A stretch of DNA of 54,547 bases, from NCBI GenBank assembly GCA_029565595.1, contig JAKQNV010000159.1:1-54547 (forward strand), given 5' to 3'. Source of the stretch: Candidatus Cloacimonadota bacterium. GTDB taxonomy: Bacteria > Cloacimonadota > Cloacimonadia > Cloacimonadales > Cloacimonadaceae. The notes below the pieces were generated by a model that saw nothing but the letters and a program-made list of their open reading frames with translations, did not search any database and was not told where the DNA came from. The position numbers were made by a program, and so were the translations under genes. Of this stretch, positions 1 through 9,632 are shown one piece after another (positions within the stretch are counted from its first letter, which is position 1; every line of letters begins with the position of its first letter).

Positions 1-2
1 AG

Positions 3-737
3 GGCAGCGATACGGTGTTCCTCCGCTTTGACCGGCCCCGGAACGCCAAAAAGGCGAAACTGGTCATCCGGGCCAAAAACTCGCTGTGGCTGGATCACAC
101 GGTAGACAAGGCCTGCGCCCGCTTCGGCAGCAAATATGAAGATTGGTACCAAGATTTTGGCGCCTTGGGCTCAAAGCGGATGAATCAATGGGTGTTGGGA
201 CAGGGTTTGCCGCTATCGGTTTCCGTACTGAAAAACGGAAAATGGCGCTTTGTGGATTATTTCCCGATCGTCGGACCGGTGGCGCAAAAAGATCTGGTGA
301 TGGCCATCGACCTCCCGGAAACGCAAAACGGGACTCTGGATCTGAAACTGGAATGCGGAGCTTTGTTCTGGGAGATAGATTACGTGGGGATCGATTACTC
401 GGAGCCGCAGTCAGTCCAGATCAATTCCGCTGCCCTGGCCTCGGCAACAGATCAGAACGGTAATGACATCCGGGCGGCGTTGTCCTGCGACGATGACAAC
501 TATTACACGATGCCCCAGACAGGCGATCAGGCGGTCCTGGCCTTCACAGCCCCCGCCAGCAGGCTTGATTGCACCAGATCATTCATCCTGCACAGCAAGG
601 GCTATTACCGCATGTTGAAAGACTACTCGGGCCAGCCGGATCTCGCCTTCCTCCGGCAATTCAGCCGCCCCGGCAGGCTGGGACTTTACTCGCGTGAGTT
701 GCTTCGGGAGGAATGTCAGAAAATCGCGAGGCAGTGA
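3..737 (+). CDS. Hypothetical protein, C-terminal part (5' end lies outside the window)
   Basis: The frame is open from base 3 to TGA at 735-737. Coding-like composition; no family recognised. Confidence 0.7.
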   Translation, partial: GSDTVFLRFDRPRNAKKAKLVIRAKNSLWLDHTVDKACARFGSKYEDWYQDFGALGSKRMNQWVLGQGLPLSVSVLKNGKWRFVDYFPIVGPVAQKDLVMAIDLPETQNGTLDLKLECGALFWEIDYVGIDYSEPQSVQINSAALASATDQNGNDIRAALSCDDDNYYTMPQTGDQAVLAFTAPASRLDCTRSFILHSKGYYRMLKDYSGQPDLAFLRQFSRPGRLGLYSRELLREECQKIARQ

Positions 738-869
738 CAGGGAAAGGAACCCCGTGACCATAATCGGAACCCTCTGTAAAGAACTTTGCCAGAGGGAAAG
801 GATAGAACAGGCCTGCAGGTATCTGTTACAGAAAAAGGAAGCAAGAGGGTAAGCAGGCCAGCTTTTATC

Positions 870-898
870 TTGACAAAAAAGGCTTAATGTGGATTAAT
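870..898 (+). promoter_or_regulatory. Putative sigma70-type promoter for the hutU-folA unit
   Basis: TTGACA at 870-875, then an A-tract and an AT-rich -10-like ATTAAT at 893-898, about 110 nt upstream of hutU. Confidence 0.45.
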
Positions 899-1008
899 AG
901 AATAAAACGTTGATTTGGCAAAGCCTCCGGAACATTACGGAATAAAAGAAAGATTGCAGTCAATTCCCTGCTTTGCTTGATCGCCGCAGAGAGATAAAGA
1001 GGTTACAA

Positions 1009-3030
1009 ATGCCCTCCGGAAGAAGGTTTGAAGTCAAACTGGACGCGGTTCTGCCGCCTGACCCGATTTTCAATCCCGCCTACCGCCGCGCCCCTGACCG
1101 GGGCCTGGCCCTGAGTCCCGCGGAGACAGCCCTGGCAGTCAAAAATGCCTTACGCTATATTCCCGCTGAGTTGCATGAACGCCTGGCACCTGAATTTCTG
1201 GCTGAATTACGCTCCCGAGGCCGTATATACGGTTACCGCTACCGTCCGCAGGGCCGCATCTGGGGCCGACCCATCTCCGAATACAAAGGCATCACGCCCG
1301 CCCGGGCCTTGCAGGTGATGATCGATAACAACCTCGATTTCGAGATCGCGCTCTATCCCTACGAACTGGTCACTTACGGCGAGACCGGACAGGTCTGCCA
1401 GAATTGGATGCAATACCAATTGATCAAACAATACCTGGAAGTGATGACCGAAGAGCAGACCCTCGTGGTGCAGTCTGGCCATCCCCTGGGCCTTTTCCCT
1501 TCACGCAAAGAGGCTCCGCGGGTGATCTCCACCAACGGGCTGGTGATCGGAAAATGGGACAATCAGGACGATTTTAAACGTCTGACCGCACTGGGTGTGG
1601 CCAATTACGGACAAATGACTGCGGGAGGCTGGATGTACATCGGACCGCAGGGCATCGTCCACGGGACCTATATCACCTTGCTCAACGCGGGCCGGAAATA
1701 CCTCGGCATCCCTTCCGACCGAGATCTGGGCGGAGTTTTATATATTTCATCGGGCTTGGGCGGTATGAGCGGGGCGCAATCCAAAGCTGTAGAGATCGCC
1801 GGCGGCATCGGCATCATCGCAGAAGTTGACCACAGCCGCATCGAAACCCGCCACAGCCAGGGCTGGGTCAGCCGCGTCTCCAGCGACCTTTCCGAGATTT
1901 TCCATTGGGTGGAGGAATTCCGCCAGAGCAAAAAACCAGTCTCCATCGCCTATTACGGCAACGTGGTGGACCTTTTGGAATACATGGATAAAAACGATAT
2001 CAAGGCCGAGTTGCTTTCCGACCAGACTTCCTGCCACGCCGTCTATGAAGGCGGCTACACACCCGCGGGGCTCACTTTCGAGGAAGGCCGGGCGCTGCTG
2101 GCTACAGAACCTGATGAGTTCAAAAAGCAGGTGGACGCCTCGCTGAAGCGGCACTTCCAAGTGATCCGGCGGCTCAGCGCGAAAGGCTCCCGCTTTTGGG
2201 ACTACGGAAACAGTTTCATGGCCTCGGTGTTCGACGCCGGGGAACGCTCGATCGCCCGCAACGGCGTCAGCACCAGTGACGGTTTCATTTTCCCCTCCTA
2301 CGTGGAGGACATCATGGGACCGCTGTGTTTCGATTTTGGCTACGGCCCCTTCCGCTGGGTGTGCCTGAGCGGCAAGCCCGGCGACCTGGCACAGACCGAC
2401 CTCGCGGCCAAAGAACTCATCGATCCCGACCGCAACGCGATGGACCGCGACAACTACCAATGGATCTCGGAAGCCGGCCAAAACGAACTGGTGGTGGGAA
2501 CCCAAGCCCGCATACTTTACGCCGACGAACAGGGCCGCGTGCGCATCGCCCTGAGATTCAACCAAATGGTGCGGGATGGCAAGATCGGACCGGTCATGCT
2601 GGGCCGCGACCATCACGACACCTCGGGCACTGACTCCCCCTTCCGCGAAACCGCCAACATCCGCGACGGAAGCAATGTCATGGCCGAAATGGCGACGCAT
2701 TGCTTCGGTGGCAACATCGCTCGCGGCATGACGCTGGTGGTGCTTTCCAACGGTGGCGGCGTGGGGATCGGCCGCTCCGTGAACGGCGGCAACGGGATCG
2801 TCCTCGACGGCAGCCCGGAAATCGACAATGTCGTCAGATCCGGCCTTTCCTGGGACGTGATGGGAGGTGTGGGACGACGCAACTGGGCCCGCAATCCAAA
2901 CGCGGTCCACACAGTGGAAAACTGGAACGAAGCCAATTCCGGCACCGGGCACATCACCGTTCCCAGCCAGGTGGACGATGCGGGCATAGATGCATTGGTG
3001 GCAGACATTTTGAAAAACACAGAGGTGTGA
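1009..3030 (+). CDS. hutU: Urocanate hydratase (long, ~670-aa type)
   Basis: Motifs GQMTAGGWMYIGPQGIVHGT, GLGGMSGAQ, SDQTSCH, FWDYGN, GRDHHD, DSPFRET and GGGVG. Start set at ATG 1009 after GAGG. Confidence 0.95.
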   Translation: MPSGRRFEVKLDAVLPPDPIFNPAYRRAPDRGLALSPAETALAVKNALRYIPAELHERLAPEFLAELRSRGRIYGYRYRPQGRIWGRPISEYKGITPARALQVMIDNNLDFEIALYPYELVTYGETGQVCQNWMQYQLIKQYLEVMTEEQTLVVQSGHPLGLFPSRKEAPRVISTNGLVIGKWDNQDDFKRLTALGVANYGQMTAGGWMYIGPQGIVHGTYITLLNAGRKYLGIPSDRDLGGVLYISSGLGGMSGAQSKAVEIAGGIGIIAEVDHSRIETRHSQGWVSRVSSDLSEIFHWVEEFRQSKKPVSIAYYGNVVDLLEYMDKNDIKAELLSDQTSCHAVYEGGYTPAGLTFEEGRALLATEPDEFKKQVDASLKRHFQVIRRLSAKGSRFWDYGNSFMASVFDAGERSIARNGVSTSDGFIFPSYVEDIMGPLCFDFGYGPFRWVCLSGKPGDLAQTDLAAKELIDPDRNAMDRDNYQWISEAGQNELVVGTQARILYADEQGRVRIALRFNQMVRDGKIGPVMLGRDHHDTSGTDSPFRETANIRDGSNVMAEMATHCFGGNIARGMTLVVLSNGGGVGIGRSVNGGNGIVLDGSPEIDNVVRSGLSWDVMGGVGRRNWARNPNAVHTVENWNEANSGTGHITVPSQVDDAGIDALVADILKNTEV

Positions 3031-3040
3031 GGAACAGCGG

Positions 3041-4408
3041 ATGTTGAACCTATTCGTGAAACAGATGAAGGCCAATTCGATCCCGGAGAGCGTGATCCGC
3101 ACTTTCAGCGCTTATTACAAGCTGCTGGCCAAAGGCGAACGGGGATTGATCTCCCGCTCCGAAATCTCCCCTCCCTCCGGCACTAACCTCGTTGATTACA
3201 ATTCGCTGTCCAGTTACCGACGCCAGAACATCCTGAAAAACATCGTGGTGATCAAACTCAACGGCGGCCTGGGAACCAGCATGGGCCTGGCAGCCGCGAA
3301 GAGCCTGCTGCCGGTGAAAGGAAACATGAATTTCCTGGACATCATCACCCGCCAGGTCCTGGCTCAACGCGCCGGAACGGGCTACGAAGTGATCCTCATG
3401 TTCATGAACAGCTACAACACCGAAGCCGACACGCTCGACTACCTAACCAAATATCCTGACCTGGCCAAGCAATCCCTGCCCATATCCTTTGTGCAAAACA
3501 AGTTTCCCCGGGTCCGGCAGGACAACCTGAAGCCTTACGAAAACGACGATCCTGTCAAGATGTGGAATCCACCCGGCCACGGCGATCTTTACGCCGCGCT
3601 CAGCGCCTCCGGACTGCTGGACAAACTGATCGACTCCGGATATCGCTACGCCTTCGTTTCCAACGCGGACAACCTCGGCGCCACGATCGACACCTGCATC
3701 CCCTCCTACATGGAAGAAAACGACATCCATTTCCTGATGGAGGTTTGCGACCGCACAGAGATGGATAAAAAAGGCGGACACCTTGCTGAGGACAAACACG
3801 GCCAGCTCCTTCTGCGCGAGGTGGCCCAGTGTCCGCCGGAAGAACTTCCCGAATTTCAAAACGTCGAATATTACCGCTATTTCAATACGAACAATCTCTG
3901 GATCGACCTCAAGGCCCTGCAATGGAACCTGATCGCCGGAGACGGAGTGATGCTGCTACCTTTGATCATCAATCCCAAGATGGTGGACGGTACTCCGGTC
4001 TATCAACTGGAAACGGCGATGGGAGCGGCGATCGGCGTCTTTCACGGAGCCCGGGCCCTGGTGGTCCCACGGGCCCGCTTTGCCCCCGTGAAAAAGAACA
4101 ACGACCTGCTGGCCATCTGGTCGGATCTGTATGAACTTAACGATCAATACCAGGTCGTACTCCGCCGCGGGATCAATTCCATTCCGACCATCGACCTAGA
4201 TGAACGTTACTACGGAAAGATCGATGTTATGCTGGCCCGCTTCAAGGAAGGAGTGCCCTCCCTGGTCGGCTGCTCCTCGCTGAAGATCGAGGGTGACATC
4301 AGTTTCGGCGAGGATGTGATCTGCGAAGGCAACGTCAGTTTGAGCACCCCGCGCCCGATCCATTTGAAAAGCAGACTGCTCACCGGGGACATCGTTTTCA
4401 ATCCCTGA
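3041..4408 (+). CDS. UTP--glucose-1-phosphate uridylyltransferase, eukaryote-like UDPGP family
   Basis: KLNGGLGTSMG..KS, MNS, PPGHGD, SNADNLGA, KKGGHL, FNTNNLW, QLETAMG and RFAPVK, plus a C-terminal left-handed beta-helix-like tail. Confidence 0.9.
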   Translation: MLNLFVKQMKANSIPESVIRTFSAYYKLLAKGERGLISRSEISPPSGTNLVDYNSLSSYRRQNILKNIVVIKLNGGLGTSMGLAAAKSLLPVKGNMNFLDIITRQVLAQRAGTGYEVILMFMNSYNTEADTLDYLTKYPDLAKQSLPISFVQNKFPRVRQDNLKPYENDDPVKMWNPPGHGDLYAALSASGLLDKLIDSGYRYAFVSNADNLGATIDTCIPSYMEENDIHFLMEVCDRTEMDKKGGHLAEDKHGQLLLREVAQCPPEELPEFQNVEYYRYFNTNNLWIDLKALQWNLIAGDGVMLLPLIINPKMVDGTPVYQLETAMGAAIGVFHGARALVVPRARFAPVKKNNDLLAIWSDLYELNDQYQVVLRRGINSIPTIDLDERYYGKIDVMLARFKEGVPSLVGCSSLKIEGDISFGEDVICEGNVSLSTPRPIHLKSRLLTGDIVFNP

Positions 4409-4418
4409 GGGAGGTGAA

Positions 4419-5618
4419 ATGGTTTCCAAGGCCGCCAAGGTCCGTTTGGGCGTCTTCGTGATCGCCGGACTGGCCATCCTGACCCTCTTTGTCGCTCTGG
4501 TCGTGGGCAACAGGCTGGTCAAAAAGAACGATACCTATTACATCCGCTTCCGCAATTTCTCCGTCTATGGGCTCCAGACCGGCAGCGCAGTGCATTACAA
4601 CGGCATACCGGTGGGCCGGGTGGAAAAGATCGCGATCGATCCCCGGGACGTTTCCAATGTGATCCTCACGATCAGCGTCGAGCACGGGACGCCTGTGAAG
4701 GCGGACAATGAAGCTGTGCTTTTTTACGTTGGGATCACCGGCACCAAAGCCGTGGAGATCCGCGGCGGATCGAACACTTCCCCGCTCCTGAAGCCCAAAG
4801 GCTTCATCCGGGCCGGCTCTTCCGGACTGGACGAGATCACCGGCCGGGCGGCTTCCATCGTTGACAAAGTGGATGAGATCGCCGATAACCTGCGCCAGTT
4901 GACAGCCGAGGAAAACCGCCGCAACATCGCCGAGATCCTGAGCCAGACCAGCGCTTTGGTAAGCGATACGCGGACCCAGCTGTCCTCAACTCTGTCCAGT
5001 TTGAATACCATAGCCGCTTCCACAGCCAATATCGCGTCCGAAGTTGGCAGCAATTTCTCCAGCGTCACGGCCAGCCTGACAGCCAATCTGGATTCCCTCA
5101 CCATGGCCACGCAAACAAGCCTGGAACACCTGACCGGAGAACTTTCCCAAAAACTGGACCGCGTGACCACCAACCTCGATGGCGGTATTACGGACATCCG
5201 CGCCCAGGCCGATGCCCTTCTCACCGAAACCCGCACGCAGGTCGCCAGCATCGGCTCCCACAGCGACACCCTCATTCTGGACAGCACCAAACAGATCGCG
5301 GAGATGAGCCTGAAACTCAATTCAACCCTGGATCGCGTCAACCAACTCCTGGCCTCTTCGGAATTCGACGAATTGATCGCCAATGTCAACGATCTGACCG
5401 CGCAACTCAACCAGGCCGACATCAAAGGCATCGTGGGCAACCTTTCCGTGACCATCAACAAAGCCGGAAATCTGATCACCCACGTGGACCGAATCCTCAT
5501 CCGCAACCGCGTCAACCTCAACGAAACCCTCGAATCCCTGCGCGAGGCGAGCGACAACCTGAACGAGTTCTCGCGCCAGATCTCGGACCAGCCTTCCCTG
5601 ATCCTGCGCTCCAACTAA
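4419..5618 (+). CDS. mlaD: MCE/MlaD family protein with a long helical C-terminal region
   Basis: N-terminal TM helix (KVRLGVFVIAG), MCE motif GLQTGSAVHYNGIPVGRV...GITG, about 250 aa of heptad-like helical sequence, and the ending QPSLIL. Confidence 0.9.
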   Translation: MVSKAAKVRLGVFVIAGLAILTLFVALVVGNRLVKKNDTYYIRFRNFSVYGLQTGSAVHYNGIPVGRVEKIAIDPRDVSNVILTISVEHGTPVKADNEAVLFYVGITGTKAVEIRGGSNTSPLLKPKGFIRAGSSGLDEITGRAASIVDKVDEIADNLRQLTAEENRRNIAEILSQTSALVSDTRTQLSSTLSSLNTIAASTANIASEVGSNFSSVTASLTANLDSLTMATQTSLEHLTGELSQKLDRVTTNLDGGITDIRAQADALLTETRTQVASIGSHSDTLILDSTKQIAEMSLKLNSTLDRVNQLLASSEFDELIANVNDLTAQLNQADIKGIVGNLSVTINKAGNLITHVDRILIRNRVNLNETLESLREASDNLNEFSRQISDQPSLILRSN

Positions 5619-5619
5619 A

Positions 5620-7803
5620 GTGAGGCATGCTGTGAAAGCTTTGCTCAAGATACTTTTTGCCCTGGCGACCTTGCTGCTGCTGGGCGGATGTTTATCCAGG
5701 ACCGCCCGCAAATCACCCAGCTACTACGTTTTGGATTACAAGCCGGCCACCGAGAATCCAGACCTGCGCGGGGAAACTCCCTTCCCCAAAGCTCTGGAAG
5801 TTCTCGATGCCGAGGTGAACCGCACCTATTCCCGCAACCAGCTTGTCGTACGGGAAAACTACTCCAAGGTGCGTTACTTGCCTTTCGACCTTTGGGCCAA
5901 CCGGCTGAACGACGCCGTTCCCAACCTGATCGTCCAGCGCCTGCGCGCCTACAATATCTTCCGCCAGGTAGACCGCTCGACCGGAGAAATCGAACCGGAT
6001 TACTACCTCGAGACCAATATCCTGAACCTGGAAAAAATCCAGGGCAAGCCCTCCCGCGCCTATCTTCGTCTGGTTTTTTACGTCCGGGACGCGACCACGC
6101 AGAACATCCTCCTCACCTACGAGGGCGAACGCTACAAAGACCTTCCTGACGCGGACATGGTTTATCTCATCCAGTCCTTCAACGAGATTCTGATGGCTGA
6201 AACGGACGTTCTGGCCGCGAGGCTGAGGCTTTTCCTGGAAGGACGCCAGGTGCAGGCAACCGCTCCCGAAAAAACCCAGGGCAAGTGGGAAGACTTTATC
6301 TACGAACAGGCCGCAGAATCGGCCCAAATGGCACCCGACGGCGAACTGTTGCTCCGCCTGGCTGCGGGTCCCAGCCCGGAGATCCGCTATTCCATCGAAG
6401 GGATCAATGCCGATGGCAGCTACACGCCTTTCGACGACGGCGAATTCAACAAAATCGCCACGCTGCCAGCCGGCAAATACCGCATCAAAACCGGCGAGAT
6501 CCAGGAGATCAACATCCGCACGGAGATCCGTCCCCGCATGCGCACGATAATCGAAGGCAAACAGGGCGACTGGGCCGAATTGGTGGTGCGCGTGATGGAT
6601 GAAAGCCGCACCCGGGTCCGGCAGGCTTATGACGTCTGGCAGAAAAACCCCGATGAATACGATTACCAGATCTACGGCCGGGACGTCAGCCTCGGCGACG
6701 ACGACCTCGGCCAGCCCGACAAGGTCTGGATCCTCCGTCCCGGAACCTATATGGTCAAGATCGGGGGCGGAGACTGGAACGACTTGAGAAACTTCACTAC
6801 AGTGAACATGAGCGCAGGCGACAGCGAAGTGCTCACCATGGTCGTCGATCCCGCGGGTGGCGCAAACTTGCTTCTGGGAGCGGGAGTCCTGGGTGAGAAA
6901 GAGATTGTGCGAGACCGTCCGATCGTGCATAAAGGAGCCATCCACGGCAACATCAGCCTGACCGGCAACAACAACGTGGATCGCGATGAACCGGTTTACA
7001 ACCTCAATGTTACCGGACAGTTGGAAAACAACCTCGAAGCCACTTTCCCCTTCACCCGCATCTCCACCCGCAGCACCTACGATGTCGGCCTGAATAAAGA
7101 CACCGACAGCGATATCCGGGTGAGTTCCGACGCCTGGTCGCTCAAGAACATTTTGCTTCTCACGCCCTGGGAGCGCAAAAAGGATCTGCGTAATTTCTCA
7201 ATATACGGACGCGGCGACCTGCAAACACATTTCTTCAACGAATACAGCTACTTTTCTGCTTACAAAAATCTCCTCCTCATCTCTTCCGGCGGCGATTCCA
7301 CGCTGTCCGGCACCGCCGTCGACCGCCTGAAAACGAAGACATCTTTCTATCCCATGCGCCTCAAGGAAGGCACGGGCATCACTTACCGTTTCGTATTCAG
7401 CCCCAAAGTCTCGCTCAGCCTGCGCTGCGGGTATGGCTGGCAGCAGGAATTAAACCGAGACAGCTATAAATACACCGGCGATTGGACGAATCCCTCCAGC
7501 GGAACGATCTGTTCCGTTTACAAGGAAACTCCCGATCAATATTACCACGGCATAGAAAGCACCGCTGTCCTTTCCGCGATCAACATATTTGATTTTATCG
7601 GGGTCAATTCCACCTTTGACGTCCTCTTCCCCATGGGCTCCCAAAACCGTTCCACCCGCTTCGACAGCGAGAACCGCGTGAATTTCCGCCTTTACCGCAA
7701 CATTTCACTGGATGTCAAATTCAACGTCCAATACGACGAATCCCAAAAAGAATGGGTGGTTTACGATTACGGCTCGTATTTGCGCCTCTCCCTCTATTTT
7801 TAA
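5620..7803 (+). CDS. PqiC-like ABC auxiliary lipoprotein fused to beta-rich domains and a probable outer-membrane beta-barrel
   Basis: Lipobox LLGGC (Cys24). Residues ~30-205 resemble ABC_trans_aux/PqiC (YYVL...QLVVRE...DLWA). The C-terminal ~290 aa show alternating amphipathic strands and end YLRLSLYF. Confidence 0.75.
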   Translation: MRHAVKALLKILFALATLLLLGGCLSRTARKSPSYYVLDYKPATENPDLRGETPFPKALEVLDAEVNRTYSRNQLVVRENYSKVRYLPFDLWANRLNDAVPNLIVQRLRAYNIFRQVDRSTGEIEPDYYLETNILNLEKIQGKPSRAYLRLVFYVRDATTQNILLTYEGERYKDLPDADMVYLIQSFNEILMAETDVLAARLRLFLEGRQVQATAPEKTQGKWEDFIYEQAAESAQMAPDGELLLRLAAGPSPEIRYSIEGINADGSYTPFDDGEFNKIATLPAGKYRIKTGEIQEINIRTEIRPRMRTIIEGKQGDWAELVVRVMDESRTRVRQAYDVWQKNPDEYDYQIYGRDVSLGDDDLGQPDKVWILRPGTYMVKIGGGDWNDLRNFTTVNMSAGDSEVLTMVVDPAGGANLLLGAGVLGEKEIVRDRPIVHKGAIHGNISLTGNNNVDRDEPVYNLNVTGQLENNLEATFPFTRISTRSTYDVGLNKDTDSDIRVSSDAWSLKNILLLTPWERKKDLRNFSIYGRGDLQTHFFNEYSYFSAYKNLLLISSGGDSTLSGTAVDRLKTKTSFYPMRLKEGTGITYRFVFSPKVSLSLRCGYGWQQELNRDSYKYTGDWTNPSSGTICSVYKETPDQYYHGIESTAVLSAINIFDFIGVNSTFDVLFPMGSQNRSTRFDSENRVNFRLYRNISLDVKFNVQYDESQKEWVVYDYGSYLRLSLYF

Positions 7804-7806
7804 ACC

Positions 7807-8886
7807 ATGCCACAGATAAGCGCCGTCGGCAACACGCTGGTCCTGGCGGGTGAGATCACCGCTGCCACGGTCCCCCGATTGCAGAAAGAACTCAGCCACG
7901 TCCTCCGCCAGAAAAAAGTTTCTCATCTGGACGCTTCAGGCATAGCGAGAATGGACAGCGCTGGCGTGGCCTTTTGGGAGGAGTTGGTACTCAAACTCTC
8001 CAAACGCGGTCCACTGACGATACAACCGGCTTCGGAAGAGATCCGCGGAGTGCTGGACAGCTTTCGCTCCCTGGATCTGGAGGATGTGCCCCGGCCACGG
8101 GAACCCGGCTGGCTGGAACGCATCGGCGGAAGTGTGGTGGATTTCTGGAGTAGTTTCAAAGACTCGCTCTATCTGGCTTCCGACGTTTTCTACTGGTCGA
8201 TCGTCGGCATCTGGGACCGCCATGCCGCCCGCAAGGGATCGCTGGCCCATCAGTGCATTGTCCTGGGTCAGACCGCTCTGCCCATCGTGGGCCTGCTTTC
8301 ATTCATAGTCGGCTTCATTATTTCGCTTCAGGGCGCCATACCGCTGCGCGATCTGGGCGGTGGCCATTACCTTGCCAACATACTTGCCTTTGGCATGGTC
8401 AATGAACTCGCGCCGCTTTTCACAGCCATCATTGTTGCCGGACGCAGCGGTTCGGCCATCGCCTCGGAAATCGCCACCATGAAGGTTACAGAGGAATTGG
8501 ACGCCTTACGTATGATGGCGCTCAATCCCGTCCGTTACGTAGTCGTTCCCAAATTCCATGCCCTGACCCTGATGATGCCGCTCTTGGTTACTTTCTCCAT
8601 CCTGCTCGGGGAACTTGGCGGCGCCATCATCGCCTTGGGCTATCTGGGGATCAGCCCGGAAGTCTTTATCAGCCGCTCTGTTTCCGTGTTGGGCCTTTCG
8701 GATTTTTTGATCACCTACGCCAAGAGCATCGTGTTCGCCTGGCTGATCGTGATCATAGGCGCCCATTACGGATTCCGGGTCGCCGGCGGAGCTGAGGGAG
8801 TCGGCCGGTCCACCACATCTTCGGTGGTCGCCTCGATCCTGGCGGTGATCATTGCTGACGCTGTTTTCAGCCTCCTTTACCTATGA
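7807..8886 (+). CDS. mlaE: MlaE family ABC permease with an N-terminal STAS (MlaB-like) domain
   Basis: STAS motif LDASGIARMDSAG; MlaE motifs ELAPLFTAIIVAGRSGSAIASEIATMKVTEELDAL and GAEGVGRSTT. Confidence 0.92.
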   Translation: MPQISAVGNTLVLAGEITAATVPRLQKELSHVLRQKKVSHLDASGIARMDSAGVAFWEELVLKLSKRGPLTIQPASEEIRGVLDSFRSLDLEDVPRPREPGWLERIGGSVVDFWSSFKDSLYLASDVFYWSIVGIWDRHAARKGSLAHQCIVLGQTALPIVGLLSFIVGFIISLQGAIPLRDLGGGHYLANILAFGMVNELAPLFTAIIVAGRSGSAIASEIATMKVTEELDALRMMALNPVRYVVVPKFHALTLMMPLLVTFSILLGELGGAIIALGYLGISPEVFISRSVSVLGLSDFLITYAKSIVFAWLIVIIGAHYGFRVAGGAEGVGRSTTSSVVASILAVIIADAVFSLLYL

Positions 8887-9632
8887 AAAATCCCGAGCCA
8901 GTGATCAGCCTTCGCAACCTGGAAGCCCGTTACGGCGAGGTTTCCATCATCAAGGACATCAATCTGGACATCCTGCCGGGCGAGATATCGATCATCCTGG
9001 GCGGCAGCGGCAGCGGCAAGACGACACTTTTAAAGAACATCCTGCGCCTTGAGGAGCCCTGGTCCGGCAGCGTAAAATACTGGGGGGAGGAAGTAGTGGG
9101 CATGGACGAACTCCGCTTTGAAGATATTTTGCGCAAAATCGGAGTGGTCTTTCAAGGCGGGGCCTTGCTCAATTCCATTTCGGTCTTTGAAAACGTGGCC
9201 ATTCCGTTGGAACAGCACACCCACCTCAGCCCTTCCGCCATCGAAAGAATGGTCCGGGTCAAGCTGAACCTGGTGCGCCTTGCCTACGCGATGTATCAGT
9301 TTCCTGCCGAACTTTCCGGAGGCATGAAGAAACGCGTGGCCCTCGCCCGAGCTTTGGCGCTGGATCCCCAGATCCTGTTTTGCGACGAGCCCACGGCGGG
9401 ACTGGATCCCCTTACAGCCGCAGCTTTGGACGACCTTCTCCTCGACCTGCGCGCCAAACTGAAAATGACCATCGTTGTCGTCACCCACGACCTCGCCAGC
9501 ATCCATCGCCTGGCCGACCGCGTATTTTTCATCGATGGCCAGTCCCTGCTCTTTTCCGGAACGCTCGGAGAGGCTAAGGCTTCCGGAATTCCCGCCATTG
9601 AAACATTTTTCCGCAGCGGCAGATATGGTTGA
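8883..9632 (+). CDS. mlaF: MlaF/Mkl family ABC ATP-binding protein
   Basis: Walker A GGSGSGKT, FQGGALL, signature LSGGMKKR, Walker B ILFCDEPTAGLDP, and VTHD. ATGA overlap with mlaE. Confidence 0.93.
   Translation: MKNPEPVISLRNLEARYGEVSIIKDINLDILPGEISIILGGSGSGKTTLLKNILRLEEPWSGSVKYWGEEVVGMDELRFEDILRKIGVVFQGGALLNSISVFENVAIPLEQHTHLSPSAIERMVRVKLNLVRLAYAMYQFPAELSGGMKKRVALARALALDPQILFCDEPTAGLDPLTAAALDDLLLDLRAKLKMTIVVVTHDLASIHRLADRVFFIDGQSLLFSGTLGEAKASGIPAIETFFRSGRYG

Noticed and set aside
918-930. GCAAAGCCTCCGG resembles part of a c-di-GMP-I riboswitch
   Set aside because: The upstream GGCAAAC...GAAA tetraloop hairpin and the downstream pairing partner are absent; probably a chance match.
1747-3102. 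Long antisense ORFs (e.g. 1747-3102, 5713-6945, 20173-21282, 32895-33923, 36165-37367, 42326-43912, 47117-48172)
   Set aside because: They are shadows of well-supported genes, caused by GC-rich codon bias. They have no motifs or RBS.
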